In this document: piece after piece, positions 11,689 through 23,792 of the stretch
How the letters are laid out: each line of letters begins with the position of its first letter
Numbering within the stretch: the stretch's first letter is position 1
Assembly (NCBI RefSeq): GCF_040938485.1
Contig: NW_027270921.1
Coordinates: forward strand, 868,001-932,000
Origin: Diadema antillarum
Lineage: Eukaryota
Direction of reading: 5' to 3'
Length of the DNA stretch: 64,000 nucleotides
The notes under the pieces: generated by a model
Told to the model about the DNA's origin: nothing
The model's database searches: none
What the model saw: the letters and a program-made list of their open reading frames with translations, nothing else
Program-made: the position numbers and the translations under genes

Positions 11689-12318
11689 GTAATTGCTTGC
11701 ACTCCATTCTGCTGCTGTGAGACGGGTGTGGCAGTGAGTTCAGATGTATGACAAGTCAAAATAAGGAAGTGATAATATGATTGTGTCTGCTTTTAGTAGT
11801 TATTTCCATGTCGCTGCAACATTGCTTGGGCTACAAGTGTACAAGTACCTACAATGTAGGCCCATGTATATTCTTATTAATGAATCTGTACGTCTTTCCC
11901 ATTTTATGTTCATGTAATTTCTAGGAAATATCTTTCTTCAATTCTCTGCTCAAAAAACAGTAATTGCGTGTGACTCTTAAATATCCTTTTGAGGCAGAAG
12001 AGTGAATACTTCATATGAATGCACAAACACCGTTGTTGTAACCTTTTGATTTTTGATTTATTGACAGTCAAAACTGTACTATTTAGTCTACATTGTCTGT
12101 TTAAAACAACAACAAAAAAGAAATCATTACAGATACATTTGTATGTTAGGTTTAGTTTGTAGCATTTTGCTCCAAACAGCTTGGTCCATGCTTCATTAAC
12201 TAGAAATAACAGCTCAAAGATGATAACTACTTTAGCATTGTACACCAATAAAGTACAACAACAACAACAACAAATAGACATTTGTTTTAACCCTTTGATT
12301 CTCTTCCTTTGTTTCCAG

Positions 12319-12432
12319 TTCTCCCACCTGAACCAGATATACCAGTTTGTTACCATCACTATGTATGTGGTTCTAACAGGAGTTGAGGTCATCAGACTAT
12401 ATCTTGGTTACCTTGGCAACCTCCAAGAACGA
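12319..12432 (+). CDS. TMEM17: TMEM17 coding exon 3
   Basis: 114 nt, phase 0-0: FSHLNQIYQFVTITMYVVLTGVEVIRLYLGYLGNLQER (family motif RLYLGYxGNLxE); donor GTGAGT. Confidence 0.95.
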
Positions 12433-13274
12433 GTGAGTGCTTCACAGTGTTTTAAAACTTGACTCAGCATCTTGCACATTGTAAATTGTTGGCAGAAAGT
12501 GCTGGGAGCAAAAAGCGATGTGAATTCTTATTCTTTGTGTGTGTTGAACAACCAGCACACAACAAAAAACATGAGTACATGAATACTTGTTCTTCAGTAC
12601 TTATACAGCTGTATGGTAACAACTTCTTGAATCTGTTCAGCTACAAAGTGAAGGGTTGTGTATATATGAGAATTGATATTTAAGAGCAACTATCTGTGAA
12701 ATTGAGGAGATTATGTGATTATACCATGAGGCTGATAACTGCCATTTTTTCCTGCTGTTTGGATATCTGTACTAGTAAAAGAGAGTACAGCAATAAAGCA
12801 GATACATCTGTACATGTGCACTGTACATTGGAATACTTCCTGTTACTGGAAAGCACTGTGTCACTATATTCTAGTCAACTTTCTTACATGGAGTAAAAAC
12901 AACCCAAAGGAGTTGGTAGTTTAATTCAAATCAGATGTGGAGTAATAAAATTATTATGGTAATAGTTGCACCTGTCAGTTGTAGCCACATTATGCAAATT
13001 ACAGGAGGCAGTGAGGTCAATGGCAGACAAATTTACCATTGGTTTACTCCAATAATATCATATAAGTCCTGCTTCTTTGCAGTACCTTATAACTTTGATC
13101 AACTGCAGCCCTCTCCCTTTAAAGGTCATGATTTCTTGGCTGTCACAATGACATTTAGGCTAGATTAAAAAAAACAGGTGTTTCATTTTTCATTGATTTG
13201 ATAAAAAAGAAGTGAAGTCTCAGAGCCTAGTGAAGCACTTAAAGTATTGAATTGTGATTAATTTGAAATATTAA

Positions 13275-13612
13275 AGGTCCTGTTTACCTTTGGGAACAGT
13301 GATTTCAAAAATGTTCAAGATGTCATATTTGATGCATCGTATGTGTAAGTCTGTTGTGTCACAAAACATCCTGCCATATAAAATTTTGGCAATAAAACCT
13401 AAAATGTAAGGAAATATCAACGTTTGTTTTCAATGAACCGTAACTGTAGACGATCTAGTCGTGAAACATTCTTATTATAACTATTGTTGAACATCAATTA
13501 TACGGATTCAAATTTTTACAGTGGTTGTTTCTATCCCTGACTCACATTTTAGAACTGTTTTAAAGCACTAATGCTGGGTTTTTGTTTTATCTGCAAATGG
13601 TAATTTATGCCT
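13275..13612. mobile_element. TTAA-flanked non-autonomous element (Kolobok-like) in TMEM17 intron 3
   Basis: TTAA|AGG ... CCT|TTAA with a short degenerate TIR (AGGTCCTGTTTACCTTTG versus AGGCATAAATTACCATTTG). Confidence 0.6.
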
Positions 13613-14816
13613 TTAATGATTTGTGAAAACATGTAAACTTTTGATATTCCATTTGACTTTGTTCTCTTAGATCTGATTTAAATTAAACTGCTTCATTTTG
13701 TATTTGAATTTACTCAATTGAACTTGAATATGGCATTTTGTTTTGCTTTGTAAGTCTATGATTATAGTTGATATTGGGCTGCATTTATTTTTACAATAAC
13801 ATAAATGGAATTCCTGAAGAATGATTCTTGAAGGGAAGATCAAATAATGTAGTTTTCACTCAGCAAGGACGCTGTAGGTATTCTGTTTAAAGTTAGACAG
13901 TTATCTTGTCAAAAGAAAGTTGTTTAGGTGTTTGTCACCAGCATCAAGAATCAGGAATCAGGAAAATGCCAAACAGATCAATGAAATTACTGAATCTTTC
14001 AAATATCAAGATAGATGACAAGAGTTTTTCATGAAATTGGCAAAGATGTATTTGGAATGATTTTAGCAAGTGATTGTATAAAAAAGCTGAATAAGAAAAC
14101 AAATACTGATCAGATCTTCGGAAACAACCTGATGAACATCAAGGGCAATGGGCCTTTCGTGATGGCAATTTATTAACTTGCACTATTTGCAGGCAGTATA
14201 AGAAACTATGTACAGGAATTAATTTCAATCAGTTTGATTAAGTATATTCTTGACAAAATGAAAATAAGTACAAGCTGTAGTAATTTTTTATGTAACTGTG
14301 TGTGCATGTCTGTGTTGTGTGCTTCCTACCTTCAAACATTAATGCACTTACATACATGTACATTTGTACATGTACTGTCCATGTCATAATACAGCCAAAG
14401 AGATTTTTTTCCTCTCCACCACTAGAGGGCGAACTCTACAATGGTGTCTGAGGTTTCATGGGGGCTGCCATTACCCACTTAGTAATGGCGGACTTTGCAC
14501 GCTTAAGTAAAATTTCTTTTTTTTCATGTACAGTGCATATTTGAACTTTTGAACTTTCGTGCAAGTATGCACTTCTTGATTTGGCTGCTCCTCGGTTGCC
14601 CTTATGCTAGCATGTTAGCATGAGGGGTGAGCCTACAGCCTCACGTCTGCCCCATGCTCCCCGTGCGCTCACAAAATAATAGTACAGGGCATATATATGC
14701 ATACTCTGCACTCTAGCACACACTCATAAAAGCTCTTTGAATACGGCATACTTTGTATGTAGTTGATGCATACTGTGATGACAGCAATGTTTGTGCCGTG
14801 TGATTTGTACCAACAG

Positions 14817-15119
14817 GTACCTGAACTGGCAGGATTTTGGCTTCTGACTCTCGTCCTCCAGTTTCCCCTCCTCCTTTTCCTCACTGTGGACTCGCACTCC
14901 ATGCCGTTCCCCATCGAGCGCGCCGTCCACATGGTCTTCCTCCTCTTCCTGGCCTTCGACGTGCTGGCCGGATACCTCGCCCTGCAGCGGATGACCCAGC
15001 ACCAGGTGATGAAGTTCCACCTGCAGCAGTTTGATGACATCGAGATGCTGGAGGAGACTCAAGGGAGGTTCACGGCCGCCTCCGCCACGGCAACGCAGCG
15101 ATACACACCCCTTAGGTGA
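14817..15119 (+). CDS. TMEM17: TMEM17 coding exon 4 with stop codon
   Basis: VPELAGFWLLTLVLQFPLLLFL..PIERAVH..FHLQQFD..RYTPLR*, TGA at 15117-15119. Spliced CDS 621 nt = 206 aa. Confidence 0.95.
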   Translation, partial: VPELAGFWLLTLVLQFPLLLFLTVDSHSMPFPIERAVHMVFLLFLAFDVLAGYLALQRMTQHQVMKFHLQQFDDIEMLEETQGRFTAASATATQRYTPLR

Positions 15120-17073
15120 TTCACTCATTCCCCTCTGCCTCCTTCCAAGCCCCCCCCCCCCCATCCCTTTCCCCTCCTTCCTGCCTCCCCGCCATCCTAC
15201 TTTTAAAGAAAATGTTTTATAAATATCAACTTTAATAAAACAATCATAAAATTGAGATGATGCCTCATACCATAATTTTGTACATAGTTGTCATCTTCTT
15301 TCATATTCAAAAATGATTTTTTTTTTTTTCTGTTTTTTGCCATATTCTTGCTTCTGTTAGATGCTGCAAGGTTGTAGATCTTTATTGGCATGCATTTGCC
15401 AAAAGTAATGTAATCCTAAAAAGAAAAAAAAAGAGGGGGAGAATATATCAAAGTTATGAAACACACTACAATCTCGAGAGCAATTTATTACTGGTATGTG
15501 AGAAATAGGGTGTCTACATGCAGTGCCCCAAGAGACTGTTAGGGATGTACACTTGCTTGCTTGCTGCACCAAGGAAACCTACTCTTATACAAGTAAATGA
15601 ATTGCACTTGCATGTGAAGAGTATGGGGCTCTTGTTAGCATGCCCATATGAGTGTTAAGGCCACCTTTGATCTTAAAAATCTTGTACTGAATAAGAAAGG
15701 AAAACCTTTGTAAAGGTCATACATTACTATCTTGTGTTTTACTGACATTTTTTGTTCTGCATTATTGAATTTCCACTTTTAGGATTGCTTTGATATACCA
15801 GGTAATGTGTAATCTAGGATGCCTTCAGTTCTCAGTTTTCAATAATCACAAATTGCACAAACTCTTAATTTACAATATCTGACTTATTACAAAATTAAGA
15901 AATTACTGTACAGTATTGGACATTAATTTTTCATTTGTATAAACTTTATACATTGAATACTTTTCAAATATGGGAATTAGTGCAACACTTTTAAGTGTTG
16001 GCAGCATAAATTTGACTGCTAGAATGGTTTCGTTCATATATACATAGTACATATTGTAGACATGTGTATTATAATATATTTGGACACTTCCCCCCCCCCC
16101 CCCCCCCCCATTGAATTTCATTACCCCACAAGATGACTCCTTTAGGAATCTTACTCTGTACAAATGTACTCAAACTGCAAGTAATGCATTTTATTACGAA
16201 AATGGAATGTAGGTCATAAAGACCTGTACCAAAATTTGTTACTGATGTCATTGACAGTACTCTACAGATGTGAGTATACTTGGAACCAGTTGATACATGC
16301 ATATAATGATATATACACAATCATTTGCATTAAAAATGTTCTTTGACAAAAACTTAAACTGCTTCCTTGGGAGATTTTGAAATACAGAGACCGCGGACAG
16401 GTCCTACACATCTATCATGTTCCTGTTGGTAGAATTTTAGCCCAAAACTTATTATGCAGTGTATGGTCATGATACAAATTGTTGTGCAATTCAGTTTATG
16501 GAATAATGAAGCACATTACTGCTGGTAAATAGATCAGTTCATAATCAAATAAGCTAATTCTGTGGAATATTATTACAATTACAAAGCTAATTGGCACAGT
16601 CATGTAATATCACTTGCAATGAGAAAACGACAGGAGAACTGCCAGCAAACAACAAACATTTATCACACTAAAAAAGAAGAAGAATTGCTGTTCTGTTAAT
16701 AAGGTCAAGCCCATCTGCTATCCTTACATGACTTTGGTGACCACATTTTGTTTGTGTGTAGTGTGCAGTAAAATTTGTATAACAGTCATAGTTTGTGGTG
16801 TACAAGCTTACAGGGTTCAATCATGCAACCCACTAGTACTGTAAAAAAAGAAAAGCAATCAATTGTAAATAACATGTAAATTATGTTGCCCTTATTTATT
16901 CAGATGTAAATAGCAATACAAATTTTTGATGAACTGCTTTATCGTGCTGTGCACACAACTTTTTCACCTTGACTTGTATGTATGATACCAATGACTTTTC
17001 TTATGTACATGATTGCCTGTGTTATTGATCTTTTGTTCAATTATTGTGTTTTTAGAAACATGTTTTTAATGGA

Positions 17074-17079
17074 AATAAA
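17074..17079 (+). terminator. Candidate distal polyadenylation signal of TMEM17
   Basis: AATAAA followed about 20 nt later by a GT-rich tract (TTGTGTATTGTATGTG). A proximal AATAAA lies at 15234-15239. Motif evidence only. Confidence 0.35.
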
Positions 17080-17654
17080 TCAAAGCTACCTTAAAATTGT
17101 GTATTGTATGTGAATTTATACTGTAACTGAAATATGGATGGTGTGATTTTGAATTGACATGTGTTCATTATTTTGTTTTGATATTACATTATTAAGGAAT
17201 CATAATTTCATTTTTAGGACTGAGGACATTCATTTTTAAATATTTTTGTGTATGTTTTTGTAGCCCAAGAGCATAAATCATCGGATGTAATACAAGTGTA
17301 GCTGTACGGCAATCAGATTTGGGCATTTGATATAAAATTATGCCATCTAAGGTTGCCATCACTGTATATTCATCATGGCTCTGTACAGGAATGTACAGTC
17401 TATCAGAAAGAGAACACAGAAAACAGTGAGAGGCCACATGTATCGTGGGCCTGTATGGTCCACTTCATGATTTGTCATTACTGTGCAGCAGTTTCCTATG
17501 AATGAATCAATGAATCATTCAATATAGTTTCTGCTCGGAGTCCAGGAAAGAATTGATTCACAACAGTAGTCCATAAGAAAACTCAGTGGAAGATGTAGTT
17601 TTGACGAATTTTCGCCCATTTTGTCAAAACTATGTGTTTCACAGAGTTTTCTTA

Positions 17655-17785
17655 NNNNNNNNNNNNNNNNNNNNNNNNNNNNNNNNNNNNNNNNNNNNNN
17701 NNNNNNNNNNNNNNNNNNNNNNNNNNNNNNNNNNNNNNNNNNNNNNNNNNNNNNNNNNNNNNNNNNNNNNNNNNNNNNNNNNNNN
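17655..17785. other. Assembly gap (N run)
   Basis: 131 Ns abutting the foldback palindrome. Confidence 0.99.
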
Positions 17786-18604
17786 GGTAATCCATTGGAG
17801 GGCTACCATTTCATAATTGTCAATTATGAAGAGCACAATGTTGGTTGTGAGGAAAGGGGAACTCTTTCTCTTTCCATTGATCCCTAATTATGTTGACAAT
17901 TGTCATGCATGACTGAGCACATGAACTTTAAAGACAACAATGACAAATTGCACTTTTTCCAAGTTTGCATGTTCTTGTGAAGGAACAATTCATGTTTCAG
18001 TGCATGGATGAGATCTGTTAATGAAAGTTGCCAAATATGCCAGTCTGTATGAATGCAGGTTTGTGTTTAGGGGTTTTCTCCTAGCATTTTATGGTCTGTA
18101 ACCTTTAATATGGCCATTTATTCAATAACTTGGTCGCTCCCACAGAGGCCAACCCACACAGTCCATTTTCTCTTTTTATATTCAACACATAGCTCCCACT
18201 GACAAACCATGTCTTGAATATGAAGAGAGTAAAATGGATAATGGTTTCGCCTTATTGGGAAGGACAACGTGGTCATGTTGAAGGTTATGAATCATGAAAC
18301 GTTAGAAGAAACCCTAAACACGAATCTGCAGTGGTGCAGGCTGGCTTGATGATTTTACCACTTGCATTGACAGATCTCATCCATGGAGTGAGACATGCAT
18401 GGTTCCTTCACAATAACATGCCAACTTGGAAAAGTGCAATTTGTCATTGTTGTCTTTAAATTGCATGTGCTCAGTCATGCATGACGTTTGTCAGCGTAAT
18501 TAGTTATCAATGGAAATATGAAGAGTTCCCCTTTCCTCACAACCAACATTGCGCTCTCCATAGCTAACAATTATAAAATAGTAGCTCTCCAAAGTGTTAT
18601 AACC
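17786..18604. repeat. About 820-bp imperfect foldback palindrome
   Basis: The arm from 17786 to about 18190 is the reverse complement of about 18209-18604 (e.g. ATGTTGGTTGTGAGGAAAGGGGAACTC/GAGTTCCCCTTTCCTCACAACCAACAT); 18-nt loop at 18191-18208. Confidence 0.9.
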
Positions 18605-18610
18605 TTTTTT

Positions 18611-18634
18611 GTGTGTGTGTATGTGTGTGTGTAT

Positions 18635-18678
<44 letters not shown>
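18611..18678. repeat. (TG)n microsatellite
   Basis: TG tract with a few interruptions, directly after the foldback. Confidence 0.95.
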
Positions 18679-18683
<5 letters not shown>

Positions 18684-18744
18684 TATTTTGCTGGAGCTGT
18701 TCCCCTGCCTATAAAGGCCCTATAACCTGTACAAGTAGTTTATA

Positions 18745-19048
18745 CCGGGTGTCACAAAAAAAGCGGAACGGTGGATTTTCAGTACCTTACGTTCTAAAGG
18801 TGATATAATTTTTGACATCATTAGAAAGAACATCTTCCGCAGAAGACAATGATACCAAAATCATTAAATTTGGTTGAGTACTTTTTATTCTACGCCAATT
18901 TCTGTATATGCAGTCATTTTCAATTTTTTGCGACTTATGAGATAAAAATTTGGATGCGACACGCGTTCCATACGGTGAATTGTGTAAGCTCGTTGATCCA
19001 TGTCAATAAAAGATAACGCTTTCATATTGGGCGCGCACACACACACAG

Positions 19049-19120
<72 letters not shown>

Positions 19121-19436
19121 TTTTTTCCTGGCCCGTGCCCAATGTGAAAGCTGTATCTTTTGTTGACATGCATCATCGAGCTTACACAATGTTCACCGTA
19201 TGGATCGCGTGTCGCACTCAAATTATCATCTCATAAGTCGCAAAAATCAGGCGAAATTTGAAAATGACTGCATTTTCAGAAATTAGCGTAGAATAAAAAG
19301 TATCGAACCAAATTTAATGATTTTGGAATCATTGCCTTCTGCGGAAGATGCTCTTTGTAATGATGTCAAAAAATATATCACTTTTAGAACGCAAAGTACT
19401 GAAAATCCACCGTTCCGCTTTTTTTGGGACACCCGG
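18745..19436. mobile_element. TA-flanked foldback MITE (Tc1/mariner type) with central (CA)n
   Basis: TA|CCGGGTGTCACAAAAAAAGCGGAACGGTGGATTTTCAGTAC ... GTACTGAAAATCCACCGTTCCGCTTTTTTTGGGACACCCGG|TA. Arms complementary for about 290 bp; (CA)n at 19036-19118. Confidence 0.9.
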
Positions 19437-19610
19437 TATAATGTTCTGAACTGAACTGTGTGTAAGTACTTTGTAAGAGGATCCTATTTACCCCTACGTG
19501 ACTCCTTAATTGCCAGCTGCGATGTATAGTGTTTGTAATCCCAACACAACTGGGAACGTGCGAAGCAGTGAATTTCGAAATGATCTCTAATCATCACTTA
19601 TGGAAGACAA

Positions 19611-19919
19611 AGACTCCAACCCAAAGCACCTTCTGATCTGGAGATTCTCCCGCCTGAAACCCCTAGCAAACGGGAGACTCCAAGTTGATGTGTACGAAGC
19701 GCGAAGTTCCTAGATTTCTAGATGCTCTCTGGTGCTCTCTAAGGCTTATTTTTTTCAACATACGATAGCAATAACTTAAGTAAGAAATCCTTTCCAACGG
19801 GAGACACAGAGCCAGGGCGGGAGAAATTGAATCTCAAGCTGGAGAACGGGAGATTTTGCAAAAACGAGTTTTCAGCGGGAGATCTCCCGTCGAAAAACGG
19901 GAGAGTTGGAGTCTCTGGG
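19611..19919. mobile_element. CGGGAG-rich MITE family D (empty-site copy)
   Basis: Short TIR AGACTCCAAC/GTTGGAGTCT; reverse-complement homologue at 57051-57794. Confidence 0.75.
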
Positions 19920-19974
19920 AAGATCAAAGATACCGTATGCATGTATTTCATTCGATTTACACAGCATCATTTAG

Positions 19975-20063
19975 TGACGTCATATTGCTGCCGTCCATGC
20001 GTTTTCACACATTGTGACGTCAAAATGAACGGCGTGCGCGTAGCAGTTGATGGCTATGGTAAC
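19975..20063 (+). promoter_or_regulatory. ODAD1-like proximal promoter motifs: two full CRE palindromes and an RFX X-box-like site
   Basis: TGACGTCA at 19975-19982 and 20015-20022; ATGGCTATGGTAAC at 20050-20063; CpG-rich; 190-280 bp upstream of the ATG. Confidence 0.55.
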
Positions 20064-20253
20064 AGAGCGCGCGCTAGAAAACAAAGGGGTGGTAGTCAGA
20101 ACGCGCCAGCTCTGATTCTACTCAAAAACGCAAACTCACACTCGCATGTTGCTCGATACACGGAATGAAGCATCAGAAATAGTCATTTTGGCCTGCAATA
20201 CGCTAAATTAAAAGTGCAATCAGGCAAAAAAGAAGAGTGTTATCCAGGTCAAT

Positions 20254-20429
20254 ATGACGACATCTATCGGCCGCCGCAGGGCGGAGACGCCGAGTATGAA
20301 TGGCGATGCGGAAGCCGACTACGTTCTGGCCGAACAGGAGCTGAGCAAGCTACATCGAGAATATCGCATCCTGAAGAATCAGCGCAAGGCCTACCTTGAG
20401 GAATCACAGAATATCATCCGAAAACAAAA
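20254..20429 (+). CDS. ODAD1: ODAD1(CCDC114)/CCDC63-family coiled-coil protein, exon 1
   Basis: MTTSIGRRRAETPSMNGDAEADYVLAEQELSKLHREYRILKNQRKAYLEESQNIIRKQ matches the family N-terminal helix (ELxKLxRxYRIxxxxRKAYxEESQNxIRKQ). Donor AA|GTGAGT, phase 2. The start could be the second ATG. Confidence 0.85.
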
Positions 20430-21068
20430 GTGAGTACCCAGATCTACAGTAGTTCTACAGTACTTTACCCGTACTTCCCTTCTAAATTTTCGCTTCTTTG
20501 TTAATTCACATTTTCAGAAGTTAATCAAAGGATTATTTTGACCATTTTAGGCCTACCGCTTTCGGATTAATCAACGTAATGTATCAAATGCTCGTAATGA
20601 AGCAAGCAAGCCAGCAAACAAATAAAAAGGTAACCAAACGACGAAGGCTCATTGATAAATTGGGGAAAACACGATGGAAAAAACAGGAAAAAACGTTGGT
20701 CACGGAACTTTTTTTTTGGGGGGGGGGATGGGGGAGGGGGGTGCTGCGGACAAGGGGGAGGGAGGAATCAGCAGATCAGTAGAGGTCTTCAAGGTCAATG
20801 GTAACACCCCTCCCCAAATCTTTGTATCCAATACCTTTTTTTCGGTCTTATTTTCGCAGTTTTTCCCGATTGTTTTCAGATCTACTTTTTTTTTTTTTGT
20901 TCAGACCAAAAAACGTGGAGGGGGGGGGGGGGGGGGGGGTGAGGGCTACTTCCCCCGAACCTTATGCATTTTCGGAAGAGATCATGCGCATTCTCTCGCT
21001 TTGGACCTCCAAACAACAAGTGATCTCAACTGATAAACAACTCTCTTCTCCCGATCTTCACAATACAG

Positions 21069-21258
21069 TGTCCATATCACGTCGCTGAAGAGAGAGCGAT
21101 CGGAGATGGACATGGACCTCCGGCTGGCCACCAGTCTGAGGGTGTGCCAGAAGGATGCCATTGATGATACCCTGATGAGAACACTTCTCAAAAACTTCCT
21201 GGAGTACAAGTCTCTCTGCGCCAGTGAGATGGATGAAATACGAGTGGCGAATAAGCAG
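21069..21258 (+). CDS. ODAD1: ODAD1/CCDC63-family exon 2
   Basis: 190 nt, phase 2-0: (N)VHITSLKRERSEMDMDLRLATS..EIRVANKQ; donor CAG|GTACAT. Confidence 0.85.
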
Positions 21259-22080
21259 GTACATAGCCTATGTGATATAAAAACAAACACAAGGGATGAT
21301 GATTGGGGACACATGCTTTGTAGACCACTAGTTTGTTGCACTGGCAATATTGGGGGAGCGGGGGGTGGGGGTCCAAAATAGAAACAAAAGATGATTCAGT
21401 GGGTCCGCGATGAGCCAGGAACATTGACATTTACGGTACATAAATCAACTATTCGGCATACTGAAGCCGCTATGGCTGAAACAGGCATTAACATGAAAAA
21501 GAACCAAAACCAAACAAGCCTATCATACAAATGTCGCATCTTTATGTGATACATAATACAAAACGGGTCTGATAAAAAAAGTGAAGTCATCGTAGAAACA
21601 CAATTTTGGGAAATATACTTTCGGGCAGGATATCCTCGAGTCCTCGTTTGAACCTTCTTAATTTAGTGGAAAGAGTGAACGATTTAATTTTGACTTAGAT
21701 TTATAAGAAAAAACAACGGGCATCTAATAATGAATCATATCAAATTATTCCTACTATTTGTAGTAGAGAAACAAAATGCTGGCGACAATGAGAGAATTGA
21801 AATGTGCATTTAAGACTATAAACCAAGAAACATGCGGGTCAGCTTGTTTTATGCAAATCAATTATTCTAAGGGACCTGTGTGAGGTCGCTCGATTTAAGC
21901 TAGATATTGCCGACCTATTGATGCCATCAAGCAAAGCAAAACAGAACAAATCAGAAATATCGACAAGCCCAATGGCAGCATACTAAAAGTGTAAAACAAT
22001 GTCTGATTAAAGAGTAGACGGTTGCTTTGGGAAGTGCCGAAATGTGAAGATTAGTCAACGACTTTGTCTTTCATTTCCAG

Positions 22081-22203
22081 ATGCGTGTTTTGGACGAAAC
22101 GGTGCGACGATATCGCCTGGTCAATGACGGCCGTTCGGAGCAGAACCGATATCACCTGATCACGGAGAAAAGAACTCGGGTCATGGAAAACAGGCTCTTC
22201 CGG
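22081..22203 (+). CDS. ODAD1: ODAD1/CCDC63-family exon 3
   Basis: TTTCCAG| acceptor, 123 nt, phase 0-0: MRVLDETVRR..KRTRVMENRLFR (family RxxENRL motif). Confidence 0.88.
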
Positions 22204-22981
22204 GTAATACTCTGCCTCACTCATGATTTTCTCCAAAACTGTTGTCATCATCATTCCATTTTCCTACTATGAGTTGTCATAATTGTATTGATTATTCAGT
22301 ATCATTACGAATTAATACTTATATAAACAGCAGGGTTACAGAAGCCGTAAAGGTGTTGGCATCGTTACAACAGTGCAGTTTTAATCTCCAGACATAAATA
22401 CCTTATGCAAGGATTCGATTTCGAGCAGGACCTTGCTGATGTTATTATATCCTTCCGAATGAATCAAGCTTGGAATTTCATGTAGAATAATCATAGGACT
22501 ACAACGCTCTTGTTTCAGAGAGCAGGCAATTATTGGCAGTACGGTGAAGATTTGACAAGGTTAAGCTGTGTCTAACAGATAAACCCTACGACAATTATTA
22601 ATAATAACACATACATACATTTATCAGATTCACGTATAAGGAAGTTGATCAAGTGTGTTATACTCAAGTATAATTGTTTTTTTTTAATCAATATCTACTA
22701 TATTGCAATAATGTACTTTTTTTTTTCCTGTGTGAATTGTACAAGAGTTCGCCAAACACAGTTTTCGAGACAGTGTACTCAATAACAGTTCACTCCTTTT
22801 CGGGTGCCTCATGTAGCTTTCAAATAATTGTTTGACAGCTGATATGATATAAAATGTACGAGCATAAATCTCTGCCGCAATAAAACCCAATGATAGCAGA
22901 CACATTGATTGGACAGCTATTCACTGCGGAAGTATCTCAGTTTGCTTGCTGACAGTCATTTGTCTCATGCGACTCATACAG

Positions 22982-23163
22982 GCAACCGTGACCTTCAACC
23001 GGGCGCTGAGGAAGAATGGAGAGCTGAGGGAACGCATCGAAGAGCTGCGCCGAGAGCGGCGGCTCTACGACAGCCTCTACCGTAAAATGTGCGCAGACCA
23101 GAACGACCTTAAGGTTGAAATGAACGAGATAATCGAACAGTCTACCTCAGCCTACGATTCCAG
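22982..23163 (+). CDS. ODAD1: ODAD1/CCDC63-family exon 4
   Basis: 182 nt, phase 0-2: ATVTFNRALRKNGELRERIEELRRERRLYDSLYRKM..IIEQSTSAYDSR, a typical family segment. Confidence 0.92.
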
Positions 23164-23320
23164 GTACGTAGGCCCTCTTGTTCATAGTCATAGTCATCTT
23201 ATGGACCTATAAATGTCGTTTCAATGAAAAGTACCTAAAAAGATTTCGACATAGGTATTATGATGTATTCAGCTTCGTTTTAAACATGTTTAACACAACC
23301 CTGCTCGTTTCCACCACTTT

Positions 23321-23572
23321 TCTTCACTTCTTCTTCTTCTTCTTCTTTTTCTTCTTTTTCTTCTTCTTTTTGCCTCTCATCTTATTTGTTAATCATACCA
23401 TACCTGCTCCTCAACCTCATTCTTCTTGTTCTCACCGCCATCACCTTCACCATAACCACCATAACCGCCATCACCAACACTACCTACACCGCTATCATCA
23501 TCAGCAGCATACCAGCAGCAGCAGCAGCAGCAGTAGCGGAAGTATCATTATTATCATCATCATCATCATCAC
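23321..23572. repeat. Compound trinucleotide simple repeats (TTC, CAC/CAT, CAG) in ODAD1 intron 4
   Basis: Low-complexity tracts visible directly in the sequence. Confidence 0.9.
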
Positions 23573-23595
23573 TTGTGTTTTCATCTTCTTCACAG

Positions 23596-23792
23596 GGACG
23601 AGGCGCACAACAAGATGGCGGCCCTCAGCGACCGTCTGGAGAAAGATCAGAATATTTTCAACATCGAGGTCAAAGGTCTCCAGCGCATCGTGGACCACGA
23701 GGAGAAGCTGAAGGCCTTCATGAACCTCAAGGCGCAGGACCGGGCCGAACAGTTAAAGGCAACGGCCGACGAGGTGCAGAAACGGAAGCAGA
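23596..23792 (+). CDS. ODAD1: ODAD1/CCDC63-family exon 5
   Basis: 197 nt, phase 2-1: DEAHNKMAALSDRLEKD..LQRIVDHEEKLKAFMNLKAQDR..; donor A|GTGAGT. Confidence 0.92.

Noticed and set aside
11910-15164. Minus-strand ORFs of 160, 123 and 146 aa
   Set aside because: Antisense shadows of TMEM17 exons 3 and 4 plus low-complexity intron sequence; no family similarity.
18885-19236. ORFs with CV/HT dipeptide repeats
   Set aside because: Translations of the (CA)n tract inside a foldback MITE.
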